From a virus (Duplodnaviria; Caudoviricetes): 64,000 nt of DNA. Under the pieces are notes generated by a model. That model did no database searches and was not told where the DNA came from. It saw only the letters and a program-made list of their open reading frames with translations. Position 1 is the first letter of the stretch. Each line of letters opens with the position of its first letter. This document shows positions 37,647 through 46,888 of this stretch, piece by piece. Location: positions 6,554-70,553 of the IMG/VR virus record IMGVR_UViG_3300045391_004484; one strand, 5' to 3'. A program made the translations under genes and the position numbers.

Positions 37647-37859
37647 TTGCTGCTCTCATCGTTACCTAAGACAGATACGCCCTAAGTCTTGTTAGGGGAA
37701 GTGAAAATGAAGTAACACTGCTGCCATGCCCACTATGCCTTGTTTTGAGCCAAAATCAGCGGCGCTCGAAAATAGAAAACAATTCTGGTACAGAATTCCC
37801 CAGAAACTAATCGCAGTAGGAATTTTACAGATATTAATACTTATTCACAGCCCGCGAAA

Positions 37860-38336
37860 ATGCCCGCCCCTATTGATCCCAAGGTTAAAGAACAAATTCG
37901 CCGAGTTTATGTGTCCACCTCGATGAGCGATCGAGAGATTGGGGACAAATTCGGCGTGAGCGATCGCTCGATTGCAAACTGGGCTAAGGACGGCGGTTGG
38001 GATGCAGCCCGCAAAGCTGAAAAGGTTCTCTCTGAAAATGTGGTGCAATTTTCCGGGCGAACCCGTGAGCGTCTAAGCATTCGAGACGCTGCTCAAAGTA
38101 ATGACCCCATTACGATCGCTAACGATGTGATCGCAGATCTTCAAGGGGAAATGCGGGCGGGAATGCCCGGTAAGGATAAGGCAGCAGTTGCAAATGCCCT
38201 CAAAGGTTGGGTGGAATACCGAGAGAAGTTGCAACCGCCCACCGTGGCAGATTTGGCAGCAAGAGCGATCGAACTCAATATCAGACCCGAGGAATTCCTG
38301 AGCGAGCTTAAAAAGGCGTGGGCAGCAAGAGCGTAG
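37860..38336 (+). CDS. terS: Terminase small subunit
   Basis: N-terminal HTH (MSDREIGDKFGVSDRSIANWAKDGGW); directly upstream of TerL. Confidence 0.75.
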   Translation: MPAPIDPKVKEQIRRVYVSTSMSDREIGDKFGVSDRSIANWAKDGGWDAARKAEKVLSENVVQFSGRTRERLSIRDAAQSNDPITIANDVIADLQGEMRAGMPGKDKAAVANALKGWVEYREKLQPPTVADLAARAIELNIRPEEFLSELKKAWAARA

Positions 38337-39847
38337 AGCAAGAATGGCAGACAGCAGTAGCAGATCTTGATGGGGGCATAGCGGCAAAATATGCCAAATA
38401 CGCCAACGATCCGATCGGCTTCATCACAATCGAGTTAGGCTGCTTTCTGACTGAGCAGCAAAAGCAGATCTGTTTATCAGTTAGAGACAATCGAGAAACC
38501 AATGTACAGGCGAGCCACGGAGTCGGCAAAACTTGGCTCGCGGGCGCTCTTGCCATTTTTTGGATTTTATGTGTCGGGGGATTGTGCATTACAACTGCCC
38601 CAACTAAGCGCCAAGTCATTGAGCTATTGTGGGGTGAAATCCGCAAGGCTCACGGCAAACATAACTTACCCGGCGATCGTGGGCAAACATTTCTAAGAGT
38701 ATCAGAAGCGGCGCGGGGCTTCGGTTTTACAGCCAGCGATAACAACTCGAATGCCTTTCAAGGGGTTCACCATGAGTACTTACTCGTCATTGAAGACGAG
38801 GCTTGCGGTATTTCAAACGAAATTGATGAAGGTGCATCATCCTGTGCAACGGGTGCAAATAACCGATTTCTTAGAATTGGAAATCCGATCGAGACGGGCG
38901 GGGCATTCGAGAAAGCTTGCAAACACAGTCACATCCGGGTTCCAGTTTGGGAGCATCCTAACGTCGCTTGGGCATACGAGCAAAACTTAGACGGTATTTT
39001 CAGGCTCAAGCCCGATGTTAAGGCAGCGATCTGCAATGCTGAGGGTGAAGTATTGCCCCCGGATCAATGGGCTGAGTGGTGCCCGAAAGACAAGATTCCG
39101 GGCGCGGTTTCGATCAACTGGATTGAGGAGGCACGAGCCAAATACGAGGAAGGATCAGCCTATTGGCAATCGCGAGTAGAGGGCTTTTTCCCCGAGGATT
39201 CGACTCAATCGGTTATCCCACGATCGTATTTCATCGCCGCCCGCCGCCGTTATGATGCTGATCCGGAATACTGGAATTCGCAGGCACAGCCCCATGATTC
39301 TAGATTTGGCTTAGACGTTGGCGATGGGGTTGATGATCACGCCCGATCTCGCTGGCAAGGCTCAGTCCTTTACAGTATCAAGTCTGTAGCTACTAAGGGC
39401 GATATGCACGACTCCGGACGAGCTACCGCCCTCGCTGTCGAGGGCTTGAAGGAATTCGGCGGGTCAATCACAGTAGATCGATCGGGCGGGTTCGGCTCAG
39501 GCTCTATTGACTCACTACTAGAACAGAACTATGCAGCGGGCGGTGTGCATTGGGGGCAGTCGGCTGAGAACTCAGCAGAATACCTCAACGCTAAGGCAGA
39601 GGATTTCTGGCTATTGAGAGAGGCACTGAGGCTCGGAGAAGTAGCGATCGCGCCCCTTGGGGAATTGGAAGAACGAGCAATGGAGGATTTAGCGGGCGTC
39701 TATTACGAATTGACCGCCCAAGGCAAAATTCGGATTGAACCCAAGGAAAAAACTAGAAAGCGGCTGCATCGATCGCCTGACATTGGGGATGCGATCGTGA
39801 TTGGTTTCAGGCAGCCGAGCAGCGCTGAATGGTGGGCAGCCATCTAA
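38318..39847 (+). CDS. terL: Terminase large subunit
   Basis: Walker A ASHGVGKT, Walker B VIEDEA, RIGNP, nuclease GLDVG..D and SPDIGDA. Confidence 0.93.
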   Translation: MGSKSVEQEWQTAVADLDGGIAAKYAKYANDPIGFITIELGCFLTEQQKQICLSVRDNRETNVQASHGVGKTWLAGALAIFWILCVGGLCITTAPTKRQVIELLWGEIRKAHGKHNLPGDRGQTFLRVSEAARGFGFTASDNNSNAFQGVHHEYLLVIEDEACGISNEIDEGASSCATGANNRFLRIGNPIETGGAFEKACKHSHIRVPVWEHPNVAWAYEQNLDGIFRLKPDVKAAICNAEGEVLPPDQWAEWCPKDKIPGAVSINWIEEARAKYEEGSAYWQSRVEGFFPEDSTQSVIPRSYFIAARRRYDADPEYWNSQAQPHDSRFGLDVGDGVDDHARSRWQGSVLYSIKSVATKGDMHDSGRATALAVEGLKEFGGSITVDRSGGFGSGSIDSLLEQNYAAGGVHWGQSAENSAEYLNAKAEDFWLLREALRLGEVAIAPLGELEERAMEDLAGVYYELTAQGKIRIEPKEKTRKRLHRSPDIGDAIVIGFRQPSSAEWWAAI

Positions 39848-39881
39848 GAAGGAAACATAGCCCTAAACTCACCACTTAGGC

Positions 39882-40772
39882 ATGAAACCTCTAATCTCGT
39901 ACTACGGCGGCAAACAGCGGCTCGCCAAGCGCATTGTTGAACACATCGATCGTATTCCCCATACGGTCTATGTCGAGCCGTTCGCTGGCGGGGCTGCTGT
40001 GCTGTTTGCCAAGCCTAGAAGAGAGGTGACTAATAAAAACTACTATCGCGAGGTGCTCAATGATAAATCTGATATTTTGATCAATCTTTACCGATGCGCG
40101 ATCGAGCATCCTGAAGAGTTGGCGCTGAAACTTGAGGCGACGTTATACAGTCAGTCTGATCACAAGCGAGCCGCAAGCATCCTAGAAAAACCCTCTAGCT
40201 TTTCAGCGCTTGAGGTGGCTTGGGCGTATTATTTTAAGGCTAATTCTTCATTCTCTAATGACTTGACCGGGGGATGGTCGATTAGCACTTTGAAAGAGAA
40301 TCATGCGGATACGTGGGATCGAAAGGTTTTATCTTTACCTGAAAAACTAGGAAGACTCAGAAGCGTTTATATTTCCTCGGAAGATGCATTAAGATGCATC
40401 GATCGTTGGGATGCACCACAAACCCTTTTCTACATCGATCCGCCCTATCCAGAAGCGAACCAAGGGCATTATGGAGGATACACGGCTGAAGATTGGATCT
40501 TGTTGTGTGACAAACTTGATTCGATTAAGGGTAGCTATATTCTCAGCAACTATCCCCAACCTTATCAACCCGAATCTGCACAGCAGCGCCTCGAAATTGA
40601 GGCAAGCATGAGCGCTGCTAAAGTTAAAAATTCAGACGCCTCTCGACTTGCTACCGATCAAGAGATTGGCGATCGAAAGAGGACAGAGGTTTTATGGATC
40701 TGCGATCGCTCAAACAACAGCGATCGACCGGATATTCAAAAGCTGCTCTCGGCTCAGCGCGACGGCTATTAG
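39882..40772 (+). CDS. DNA adenine methyltransferase (D12/Dam family)
   Basis: YYGGKQRLA, YVEPFAGGAAV, FYIDPPY. Confidence 0.92.
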   Translation: MKPLISYYGGKQRLAKRIVEHIDRIPHTVYVEPFAGGAAVLFAKPRREVTNKNYYREVLNDKSDILINLYRCAIEHPEELALKLEATLYSQSDHKRAASILEKPSSFSALEVAWAYYFKANSSFSNDLTGGWSISTLKENHADTWDRKVLSLPEKLGRLRSVYISSEDALRCIDRWDAPQTLFYIDPPYPEANQGHYGGYTAEDWILLCDKLDSIKGSYILSNYPQPYQPESAQQRLEIEASMSAAKVKNSDASRLATDQEIGDRKRTEVLWICDRSNNSDRPDIQKLLSAQRDGY

Positions 40773-40803
40773 GAAACCTACTAATGCAGAGTACTGAAAC
40801 CCT

Positions 40804-41211
40804 ATGATTTACACCGTCTTAGCAGATGCCCTCGCCTTTGTGAAAGAACTAACGAGTATTACCGATCGTGATACCATCCTCACCCAAAAACTGAAAGCCT
40901 CGGCGGGGTCGCTGAAGGCTGACACCACGATCGAGGGCACCCCCCTCACCAGTGGCACCACAATCTATAGGTTTTACTATGTGGCTGCTAAAGCCTTGCA
41001 GCAGGATCGACGAATTCAGAATATCAAGCAAGCAGACGGGGCAACGTTTACAGGGCTTGCAGTGCCGATCGATAGTTTGATGGATGAGCAACTAGCCTTA
41101 GACACATCCCTAGATCTCAATGTGCCATCAGGTTTTGTTGCAACGCTCGATTTAGATGGTTCAATGAATGGCGGCGCGGGTTCGCCTGTAATGTCGATTT
41201 TGGTGGGGTAA
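40804..41211 (+). CDS. Putative head-tail connector/adaptor protein
   Basis: 135 aa in the packaging module; LKASAG...YRFYYVAAK.L pattern. Confidence 0.45.
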   Translation: MIYTVLADALAFVKELTSITDRDTILTQKLKASAGSLKADTTIEGTPLTSGTTIYRFYYVAAKALQQDRRIQNIKQADGATFTGLAVPIDSLMDEQLALDTSLDLNVPSGFVATLDLDGSMNGGAGSPVMSILVG

Positions 41212-41418
41212 ATGGATCACGAATTACAAGAGGCGCTTAAAATCCTGTCCGATCGTCAGTACCGAGGATATCCCTCATGGGGCGCGGTTGAGACGGTTGT
41301 TTTCAAGAATGGTGAAGAATGGAACCGTCATGTAAAAATTCAACCTGAAGATCTGCATTACACGCCCTTTGAGATAATCACGATCGCTAATGCATTAAAG
41401 AACGGTGAACATGCTTAA
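41212..41418 (+). CDS. Hypothetical protein
   Basis: 68-aa ORF. Confidence 0.5.
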   Translation: MDHELQEALKILSDRQYRGYPSWGAVETVVFKNGEEWNRHVKIQPEDLHYTPFEIITIANALKNGEHA

Positions 41419-41614
41419 AGATCTTGAGTTGTTTTTGGCTCGGTTGACCGGGCGATGGGCTTACCTGTTGCTGCTATCAATCCTTTTCTCGATCGTTCTA
41501 TGGCGTGCCGTATTTTGGGTTATCCCGCTGAGCTATGGCAGAACATTCGCCCTGCTTATCTCGATCGGGCTAATTGCCGATTTCATCACCTTGATTGTGA
41601 AGCAAAAGGAATGA
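41405..41614 (+). CDS. Small two-TM membrane protein (holin candidate)
   Basis: Two hydrophobic helices, charged C-terminus. Confidence 0.45.
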   Translation: MNMLKDLELFLARLTGRWAYLLLLSILFSIVLWRAVFWVIPLSYGRTFALLISIGLIADFITLIVKQKE

Positions 41615-41832
41615 GCAACCAAATTGAAATCGACGTAAAGGGCAATGTGTGGGCATTCGCTCAAGGCTATGGTGAATCGAAGCGAGGAAAGCCGCCGCTG
41701 TGGATTTATCAGGATGCGATCGATAGTGGGCGGCGGGATATCGCCCCCGCAATGTATCGAGGTGCTCTCACTGAAAACGAGATGTACTGGGATGCTCGCA
41801 AACAAGAGCTAATCGATAGGCAATCTCGATGA
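41611..41832 (+). CDS. Hypothetical protein
   Basis: Start at MSNQIE via overlap. Confidence 0.5.
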   Translation: MSNQIEIDVKGNVWAFAQGYGESKRGKPPLWIYQDAIDSGRRDIAPAMYRGALTENEMYWDARKQELIDRQSR

Positions 41833-41978
41833 GCTGCAAAATCTGCCAGCACGTTGCCTACTGCTCAGCATCAATCTGGATTCAGAAGCGTCACAGGCAT
41901 AATCCATACAACTTAAATCGACAATACCGAGTCATGGGCAAAGACTGCCCCGCTTTCGATAAGAGGGTGAATCGATAG
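41829..41978 (+). CDS. 49-aa Cys/His protein (not in ORF track)
   Basis: MSCKICQHVAYC...GKDCPAF; ATGA-coupled. Confidence 0.45.
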   Translation: MSCKICQHVAYCSASIWIQKRHRHNPYNLNRQYRVMGKDCPAFDKRVNR

Positions 41979-42013
41979 GAACTCTTGAGCGAGAATCTTA
42001 TCGATCGTGCACA

Positions 42014-43948
42014 ATGACTGACGAACTTCGCAACGATGGCGCTTTATTAAACGCTTTCGGCTCGCTCATCGGAAACCAAAGCACCGGGCTAGGGCAAGTC
42101 GGGCGCGATAAATTCCTCGATACCGCAATCAGCACGATCGTTAGACCCCTCGATCGCTTCGAGCTACATGCCCTCTACCGCAACAGCAAAATCTGTGAAA
42201 AGGTAGTCGAGCTGTTGCCCAAGGCTGCCACTTCTAAGACGTGGTTAGAACTGACGATCGGGAAAGGTCGAAAGAACTTACCCGCTAAGGCGCTGCAATA
42301 CGCTAACGATCTAGGCTTTCGGGATGTTGCACGAGAGGCTACCATCCTTGCCAGATTAGAGGGTGATGCCTTTATCATTTTGGGTATCGACGATGGGCAA
42401 CTGCCAGAAACGCCTGTTAACGAATCTGGAATCAGACAGATCTCGTGGTGCGAGGTAGTCACGCGCTATCAGCTCACACCCGAGGCAAACACAGGCAGAC
42501 CGGGCAAGCCGGAATTCTACCGATTAGCGTTGCCTCAGAATCAAGGGCTTGGCGATGGGTTCCACTATGGCAGGATTCATCGATCGCGTGTGTTGAGGTT
42601 CTCAGGAAAGAAGCTCTACGGCGATATGATCGCCCATAACTCGCACTATCACGATAGTGTTTTGCTTGCGTTCTACCAATCATTCATCAAGTATCTGACG
42701 AGCGTTGAATATAGCGTCAGAATGATCCAGGATTACGACACGTTCGCCTACAGTCTTAAGGGCTTGGGCGATCTCATCCTGAGAGGCAAGGAAAAGGAAA
42801 TCTTGCAGCGCTTTCGAGCGATTCTGCTCTCTAAGTCCTCGCTCGGCGGCATTGCGATGGACGCCGATGAGAAGGCAGAGTATGTTTCTCGCAACTTTGG
42901 CGGGATTGATGCGCTTATCGATCGCATGAAGGATGATACATCAGCCGCCGCCGGAATGCCCCCGACAAAGCTATGGGGTAGCAGCCAGAAAACAGCCCTA
43001 TCCAATAGCTCACAGGGTGATAAATACGAATGGGCTGATTGCGTTGAGGATTACCAGGCAGAAGCGATCGATCCACAGGTGACTGAATTTTTCCGACTGA
43101 GTTTGCTTGCTCAGAACGGCGCTACCGGGGGCAGATTGCCCGATGATTGGGGCTTGAAATACAAATCAGTGCTCAGGCTCAATCTGAAAGAGCAGGTAGA
43201 ACTACGATCGATGCAGACTAAAGATGTTGATATTCCCTCGGTTCAAGCGGGTTTCTTGAGCCAAGAGGAAATTAGACAATCGGCGTGGGGTGGCTCAGAC
43301 TACTCGATCGAGCGTCAATTGCTCACGACTGAATTACCTAAGCCCCAAGGATTCGCCAGCGCTGGCAATACGGCACAAGGTGAGAAGTTGCCAACCGATA
43401 AGCAGGCACAGGTTGATGCTGCTGATATCCGCATCGATGATGCCACGCCCGCTAAACGAATCATTGACTTTCACGGGCTAAAGTTGGGATTGCAATATCT
43501 GCCCTTTGATCAGCGTCATGGGCGAATGTTGCCCGTTGCCTATGGGCACATCCAGAAAACTAAGGGCGCTGATGGGATGGCGATCGATTGCTACCTCGGC
43601 TCGAATTTGCAGAGTGAGCGAATGTTTGCCGTTGCCCAGCATATCAATGGCGAATTTGATGAGGATAAATTAATGCTTGGCTTTGACTCGATCGATCAGG
43701 CTGAGCAGATGTTCAAGCAAGTGATGCCCCCCGAATTCTTTGGCGGGATTCATGAGGTGTCACTCGCTAGTATCCTTTTTGGCATCAATAAAAATGATGC
43801 TGCTGAGACGCTCACGATCGAGGGTGAGGTATTGAGTGAGGAGGATTACAACGCCCTCTCAGAAGTAGATCAGCAGGATATCGAGGCAGCGCTGAAAGAT
43901 TGGCGGCAATCAGCGCCGGATAAATTTAAGTCGTTGCTCGATTCTTGA
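42014..43948 (+). CDS. DUF1073-family portal protein fused to a C-terminal InPase-like domain
   Basis: LYRNSKIC.KVVE, IHRSRVLRF, GMPPTKLWG.S, GLNLKEQ; C-terminal GLKLG..YGHI..T.GADG.AIDCYLG...FDEDKLMLGFDS. Confidence 0.85.
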   Translation: MTDELRNDGALLNAFGSLIGNQSTGLGQVGRDKFLDTAISTIVRPLDRFELHALYRNSKICEKVVELLPKAATSKTWLELTIGKGRKNLPAKALQYANDLGFRDVAREATILARLEGDAFIILGIDDGQLPETPVNESGIRQISWCEVVTRYQLTPEANTGRPGKPEFYRLALPQNQGLGDGFHYGRIHRSRVLRFSGKKLYGDMIAHNSHYHDSVLLAFYQSFIKYLTSVEYSVRMIQDYDTFAYSLKGLGDLILRGKEKEILQRFRAILLSKSSLGGIAMDADEKAEYVSRNFGGIDALIDRMKDDTSAAAGMPPTKLWGSSQKTALSNSSQGDKYEWADCVEDYQAEAIDPQVTEFFRLSLLAQNGATGGRLPDDWGLKYKSVLRLNLKEQVELRSMQTKDVDIPSVQAGFLSQEEIRQSAWGGSDYSIERQLLTTELPKPQGFASAGNTAQGEKLPTDKQAQVDAADIRIDDATPAKRIIDFHGLKLGLQYLPFDQRHGRMLPVAYGHIQKTKGADGMAIDCYLGSNLQSERMFAVAQHINGEFDEDKLMLGFDSIDQAEQMFKQVMPPEFFGGIHEVSLASILFGINKNDAAETLTIEGEVLSEEDYNALSEVDQQDIEAALKDWRQSAPDKFKSLLDS

Positions 43949-44256
43949 TGCAAAATAGAACAGTTTTGCAGCTAACGACCATGATTAGAAATGTCGATCC
44001 GAATGGGCAAGTTTATTACACCTGGGGAAAGGATGAGCAGCGCGAAAGAGAGCTTTTTGAGAGATCTGTTGCTCCTGACGGCGACATAGTAGAATCCCTA
44101 GTTCACGCCCTGCTAGAAGCAATTACAAAACGAGCCGTAGAGCGCGCTCAAACATGGGAGCAAGTTAAACAGTGTATTGATCCGCAAGATCTACCATGTG
44201 AGATGGAATATCAAGGGATTTCAAAACGGTTAGTCGTGATCCCTACTAAAGAATAG
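43945..44256 (+). CDS. Hypothetical protein
   Basis: 103-aa ORF between portal and MuF. Confidence 0.5.
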   Translation: MMQNRTVLQLTTMIRNVDPNGQVYYTWGKDEQRERELFERSVAPDGDIVESLVHALLEAITKRAVERAQTWEQVKQCIDPQDLPCEMEYQGISKRLVVIPTKE

Positions 44257-44286
44257 GAATTCTGAGGCAGTCTACTGGCTGCCCTC

Positions 44287-44940
44287 ATGTTTAACCTCTC
44301 TGATTCGTTGCCACTTCATCTAGATTCGCCCGACTTTGTATTTGATCCAAAGCTTGGGCGCTATCGCTACAGCGACTCAGGGCGGTTTGTGCCCCGCGAG
44401 GCGATGCTGAATTTGCAGCGGGGCTATGTCGAGACGATCAAAGCGGATCTGCAGACCTTGGGCGGCTTAGTGGCTGATGGAAAGATTAGCCTCTCAACCT
44501 GGCAGCAAACCACAGCTCAAGCGATCAAAACGTTGCACCTTAACCAAGCAATCTTGGGGCGTGGCGGCGTCGATCGTATGCAATCCTCTGACTACTTAGC
44601 CGTAGGTCGAGAACTCAAATCACAATACAAATATTTGAGGCAATTCGCCGTAGACCTCACACAGGGCACCATGACCCGCGCCCAATTTGAGGCACGAATT
44701 AACCTCTATGCCAATAGCTCAAACATTAGTTATGCAACCGCTGAGCAGCAGAATGCTCAAGAGCAAGGCAATCAGTATATGCAGCGGCATTTACATGCAA
44801 GTGAGTCATGCCCGGACTGCATTGAATATGCCTCGCGTGGGGTGGTGGAGATCGGATCTGTGCCACTGCCTAAACAGAATTGTCAATGCGGTGCAAACTG
44901 TCGATGCACCGTTGAGTATTTTAACGAGATGCCTGCTTAG
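44287..44940 (+). CDS. MuF-like minor head protein
   Basis: FDPKLGRYRY..SGRFV; C-terminal H..CPDC...P....CQCGANCRC. Confidence 0.75.
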   Translation: MFNLSDSLPLHLDSPDFVFDPKLGRYRYSDSGRFVPREAMLNLQRGYVETIKADLQTLGGLVADGKISLSTWQQTTAQAIKTLHLNQAILGRGGVDRMQSSDYLAVGRELKSQYKYLRQFAVDLTQGTMTRAQFEARINLYANSSNISYATAEQQNAQEQGNQYMQRHLHASESCPDCIEYASRGVVEIGSVPLPKQNCQCGANCRCTVEYFNEMPA

Positions 44941-45167
44941 GGTTTAGTTCTTTGCTCGATCGCGAAGGCGAGTAGATCTTTGTCTAGACGAGAGGCAACC
45001 ATCCTTAAATAAGCCTTTGCCTCGCTCAAGTCCTCGCCATGTGGGTAGAAGTGGCTAAGATCTGGTGTTGAGCAGGGAACTTGATTTAACAAATTGATCG
45101 CCTCTACAACTTTGCTATGCCATAGCGCGATCGTACTGGTTTCGATCGAATCACTCATTACTCTCAC
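44937..45167 (-). CDS. Hypothetical moron protein
   Basis: 76 aa, lies between the two MuF 3' ends. Confidence 0.55.
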   Translation of the reverse strand: MRVMSDSIETSTIALWHSKVVEAINLLNQVPCSTPDLSHFYPHGEDLSEAKAYLRMVASRLDKDLLAFAIEQRTKP

Positions 45168-45198
45168 TACCTAAACGCGCTAACTATCAGATTATCCT

Positions 45199-45291
45199 AT
45201 CGAATCGGTGCCATTACCGAAGCAAAACTGCCAATGTGATGCAAACTGTAAGTGCTCAGTTGAATATTTTAAGGACTTGCCTCAACAATGA
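45199..45291 (+). pseudogene. Orphan duplicate of the MuF C-terminal 30 codons
   Basis: IESVPLPKQNCQCDANCKCSVEYFKDLPQQ* vs MuF IGSVPLPKQNCQCGANCRCTVEYFNEMPA*; in-frame stop upstream at 45181. Confidence 0.85.
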
Positions 45292-45596
45292 ATTGGCAAC
45301 TGATTGAAACTGAAGGCGAAACCCCTCGGCTCGTGGCAGCAATTCCCGACGAATTTGAAGTTACATTGACCCCGCCCACTGATAGACCGTTGCCAGTGAT
45401 CAAAATTGGGGATGAGATCGATTGCCCGATCGTGGGGATTCGTAAAATTCAGTCGATCGATATCACCGCCACGGCAAATCTATTCGGCACCTACACAGAA
45501 TTTAAGTTGTTGCTTGTTTCACCCGAGGCATTTGAGCAGAAAAAGACTGAGGCGATCGAGTTTATCGCGAACTTAGGGTTTGGCGATCCGGGGTAG
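45288..45596 (+). CDS. Hypothetical protein
   Basis: ATGA-coupled to the relic MuF end. Confidence 0.55.
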   Translation: MNWQLIETEGETPRLVAAIPDEFEVTLTPPTDRPLPVIKIGDEIDCPIVGIRKIQSIDITATANLFGTYTEFKLLLVSPEAFEQKKTEAIEFIANLGFGDPG

Positions 45597-45818
45597 ATCC
45601 ACGGGCACAAACCGAGGCATTCCATCGCGAGTAAAACCGTAGAACGACTCTACCGATCGCAGGTAGTACTCGCCCTCTGGCATGGCATCGTGCCGATATT
45701 TAACTACTAGCACGCCCCAAACATCCTTTGTGATATCGAGAATTGTGTAAACGCGATGGCAGTAGCGACTTTGCCAGCGCCACCGAGAGCCGATCGCGGG
45801 TAGACTTTTAATTTCCAT
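45573..45818 (-). CDS. DUF1653-like small beta protein
   Basis: GSRWRW...YTI.......VVKY.......YLRSVESF; start at MEIKSL. Confidence 0.5.
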   Translation of the reverse strand: MEIKSLPAIGSRWRWQSRYCHRVYTILDITKDVWGVLVVKYRHDAMPEGEYYLRSVESFYGFTRDGMPRFVPVDLPRIAKP

Positions 45819-45907
45819 AGTTTCAAGAAATAGAGCGATCGTAGTAAAGTTGCCACGCTCGCCCGTTCTAACCAAAAGTGATCACTAGCATGATCGCGGT
45901 CATTGTA

Positions 45908-46156
45908 TCAGCGATCGTTACCCCTGATACCCGCAAATACTCGGGCTTTTAGTTTTTGATGCCAGGGCAGGGAGTGCCACCGCTTGATCGCTTGGCAGCG
46001 TGGGCAGTTGCAAAGCAGAGTGTGTAAAACTTGGTTGTTTTGATAGTCAGCGATCGCTTCATCCATTGCGGCATTATGGGCAAACAGTGCCTCAACTAAG
46101 TCGTGATTCGTCATAGTCCACGGTTTATTATCGAACCCATCCAATCCGTCGCCCAA
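45908..46156 (-). CDS. Hypothetical protein (CNCPRC)
   Basis: 82-aa ORF. Confidence 0.45.
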   Translation of the reverse strand: MGDGLDGFDNKPWTMTNHDLVEALFAHNAAMDEAIADYQNNQVLHTLLCNCPRCQAIKRWHSLPWHQKLKARVFAGIRGNDR

Positions 46157-46328
46157 GCTTCTGTAAAAAAGATTCAGAGTAATCCGGGCATAGTCCTAAA
46201 TGCCTGATCTGCTTTCCCCCTCGAAAGAGTTGAGGGGATTCGATAATATCGTCTAAAGTCCAATGCAATTCTCTTTGTAGTAGGTTGTTGCAGAAATCAC
46301 AGATGTCAACGTTTTTGTGCCTCATCAT
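46128..46328 (-). CDS. Small Cys-motif protein
   Basis: CDFC...LCPDY. Confidence 0.5.
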   Translation of the reverse strand: MMRHKNVDICDFCNNLLQRELHWTLDDIIESPQLFRGGKQIRHLGLCPDYSESFLQKLGRRIGWVR

Positions 46329-46588
46329 TCAGCCTCCATAAACTTCTCTTCAAACAGCATCAAAGGGCGAATCCAAATTGTCTCTCTTCTCAGCAGTTTA
46401 ATCGCCCATTTCAGCAGCATTCGACCCACGATCGATCTCGTGGCTAGGCTTTCAGCCGAAATGTAGACCACTAGATTCTGAGCCGATTCTGAATGATTGC
46501 CGACTCCGATCGCTAAGTAGAGAGTCTGCTTTTTCCGATTTAGATAAATCTTCCCCGGCTCAACGTACTGCAAAGCTCTAGTTTCCAT
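46325..46588 (-). CDS. DUF1653 domain protein
   Basis: PGKIYLNRKK..Y...GVGNHSESAQNLVVY......WIRPL.LF.EKF. Confidence 0.7.
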   Translation of the reverse strand: METRALQYVEPGKIYLNRKKQTLYLAIGVGNHSESAQNLVVYISAESLATRSIVGRMLLKWAIKLLRRETIWIRPLMLFEEKFMEAE

Positions 46589-46847
46589 CTCTATGCCATG
46601 CCCTATATAGATTTAATTTTGCTTGAATCCTTTGATTAATCTTCTTATTGTCAAGCTTAAATTCTTGCGTCACAAATTCGATGATCGCTAGAACATCTGC
46701 GATTTCATCTTCCATTCGTTCCTTCAGAGAACCTTGCCCATCCGGGTGCTCATCCGTGTCGTAGTAAGCGAGTTTCTTCCCTGCAACTTGTAAAAGCTCG
46801 CCCGTCTCCTCAATTAGTTTATTTAGCCCGCCCGATGTCATTGGCAT
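46578..46847 (-). CDS. MazG-like nucleotide pyrophosphohydrolase
   Basis: KLIEETGELLQ..GK...EDEIADVLAIIE acidic helical motifs. Confidence 0.7.
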   Translation of the reverse strand: MPMTSGGLNKLIEETGELLQVAGKKLAYYDTDEHPDGQGSLKERMEDEIADVLAIIEFVTQEFKLDNKKINQRIQAKLNLYRAWHRDGN

Positions 46848-46888
46848 AAGTAGGAATCCCAGATTTAGTAATACATTCTGGCTCAAAA

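Noticed and set aside
30552-37730. 13-bp match TGCTGCCATGCCC at about 30552 and 37718
   Set aside because: Dozens of 13-mer repeat pairs are expected by chance in 64 kb
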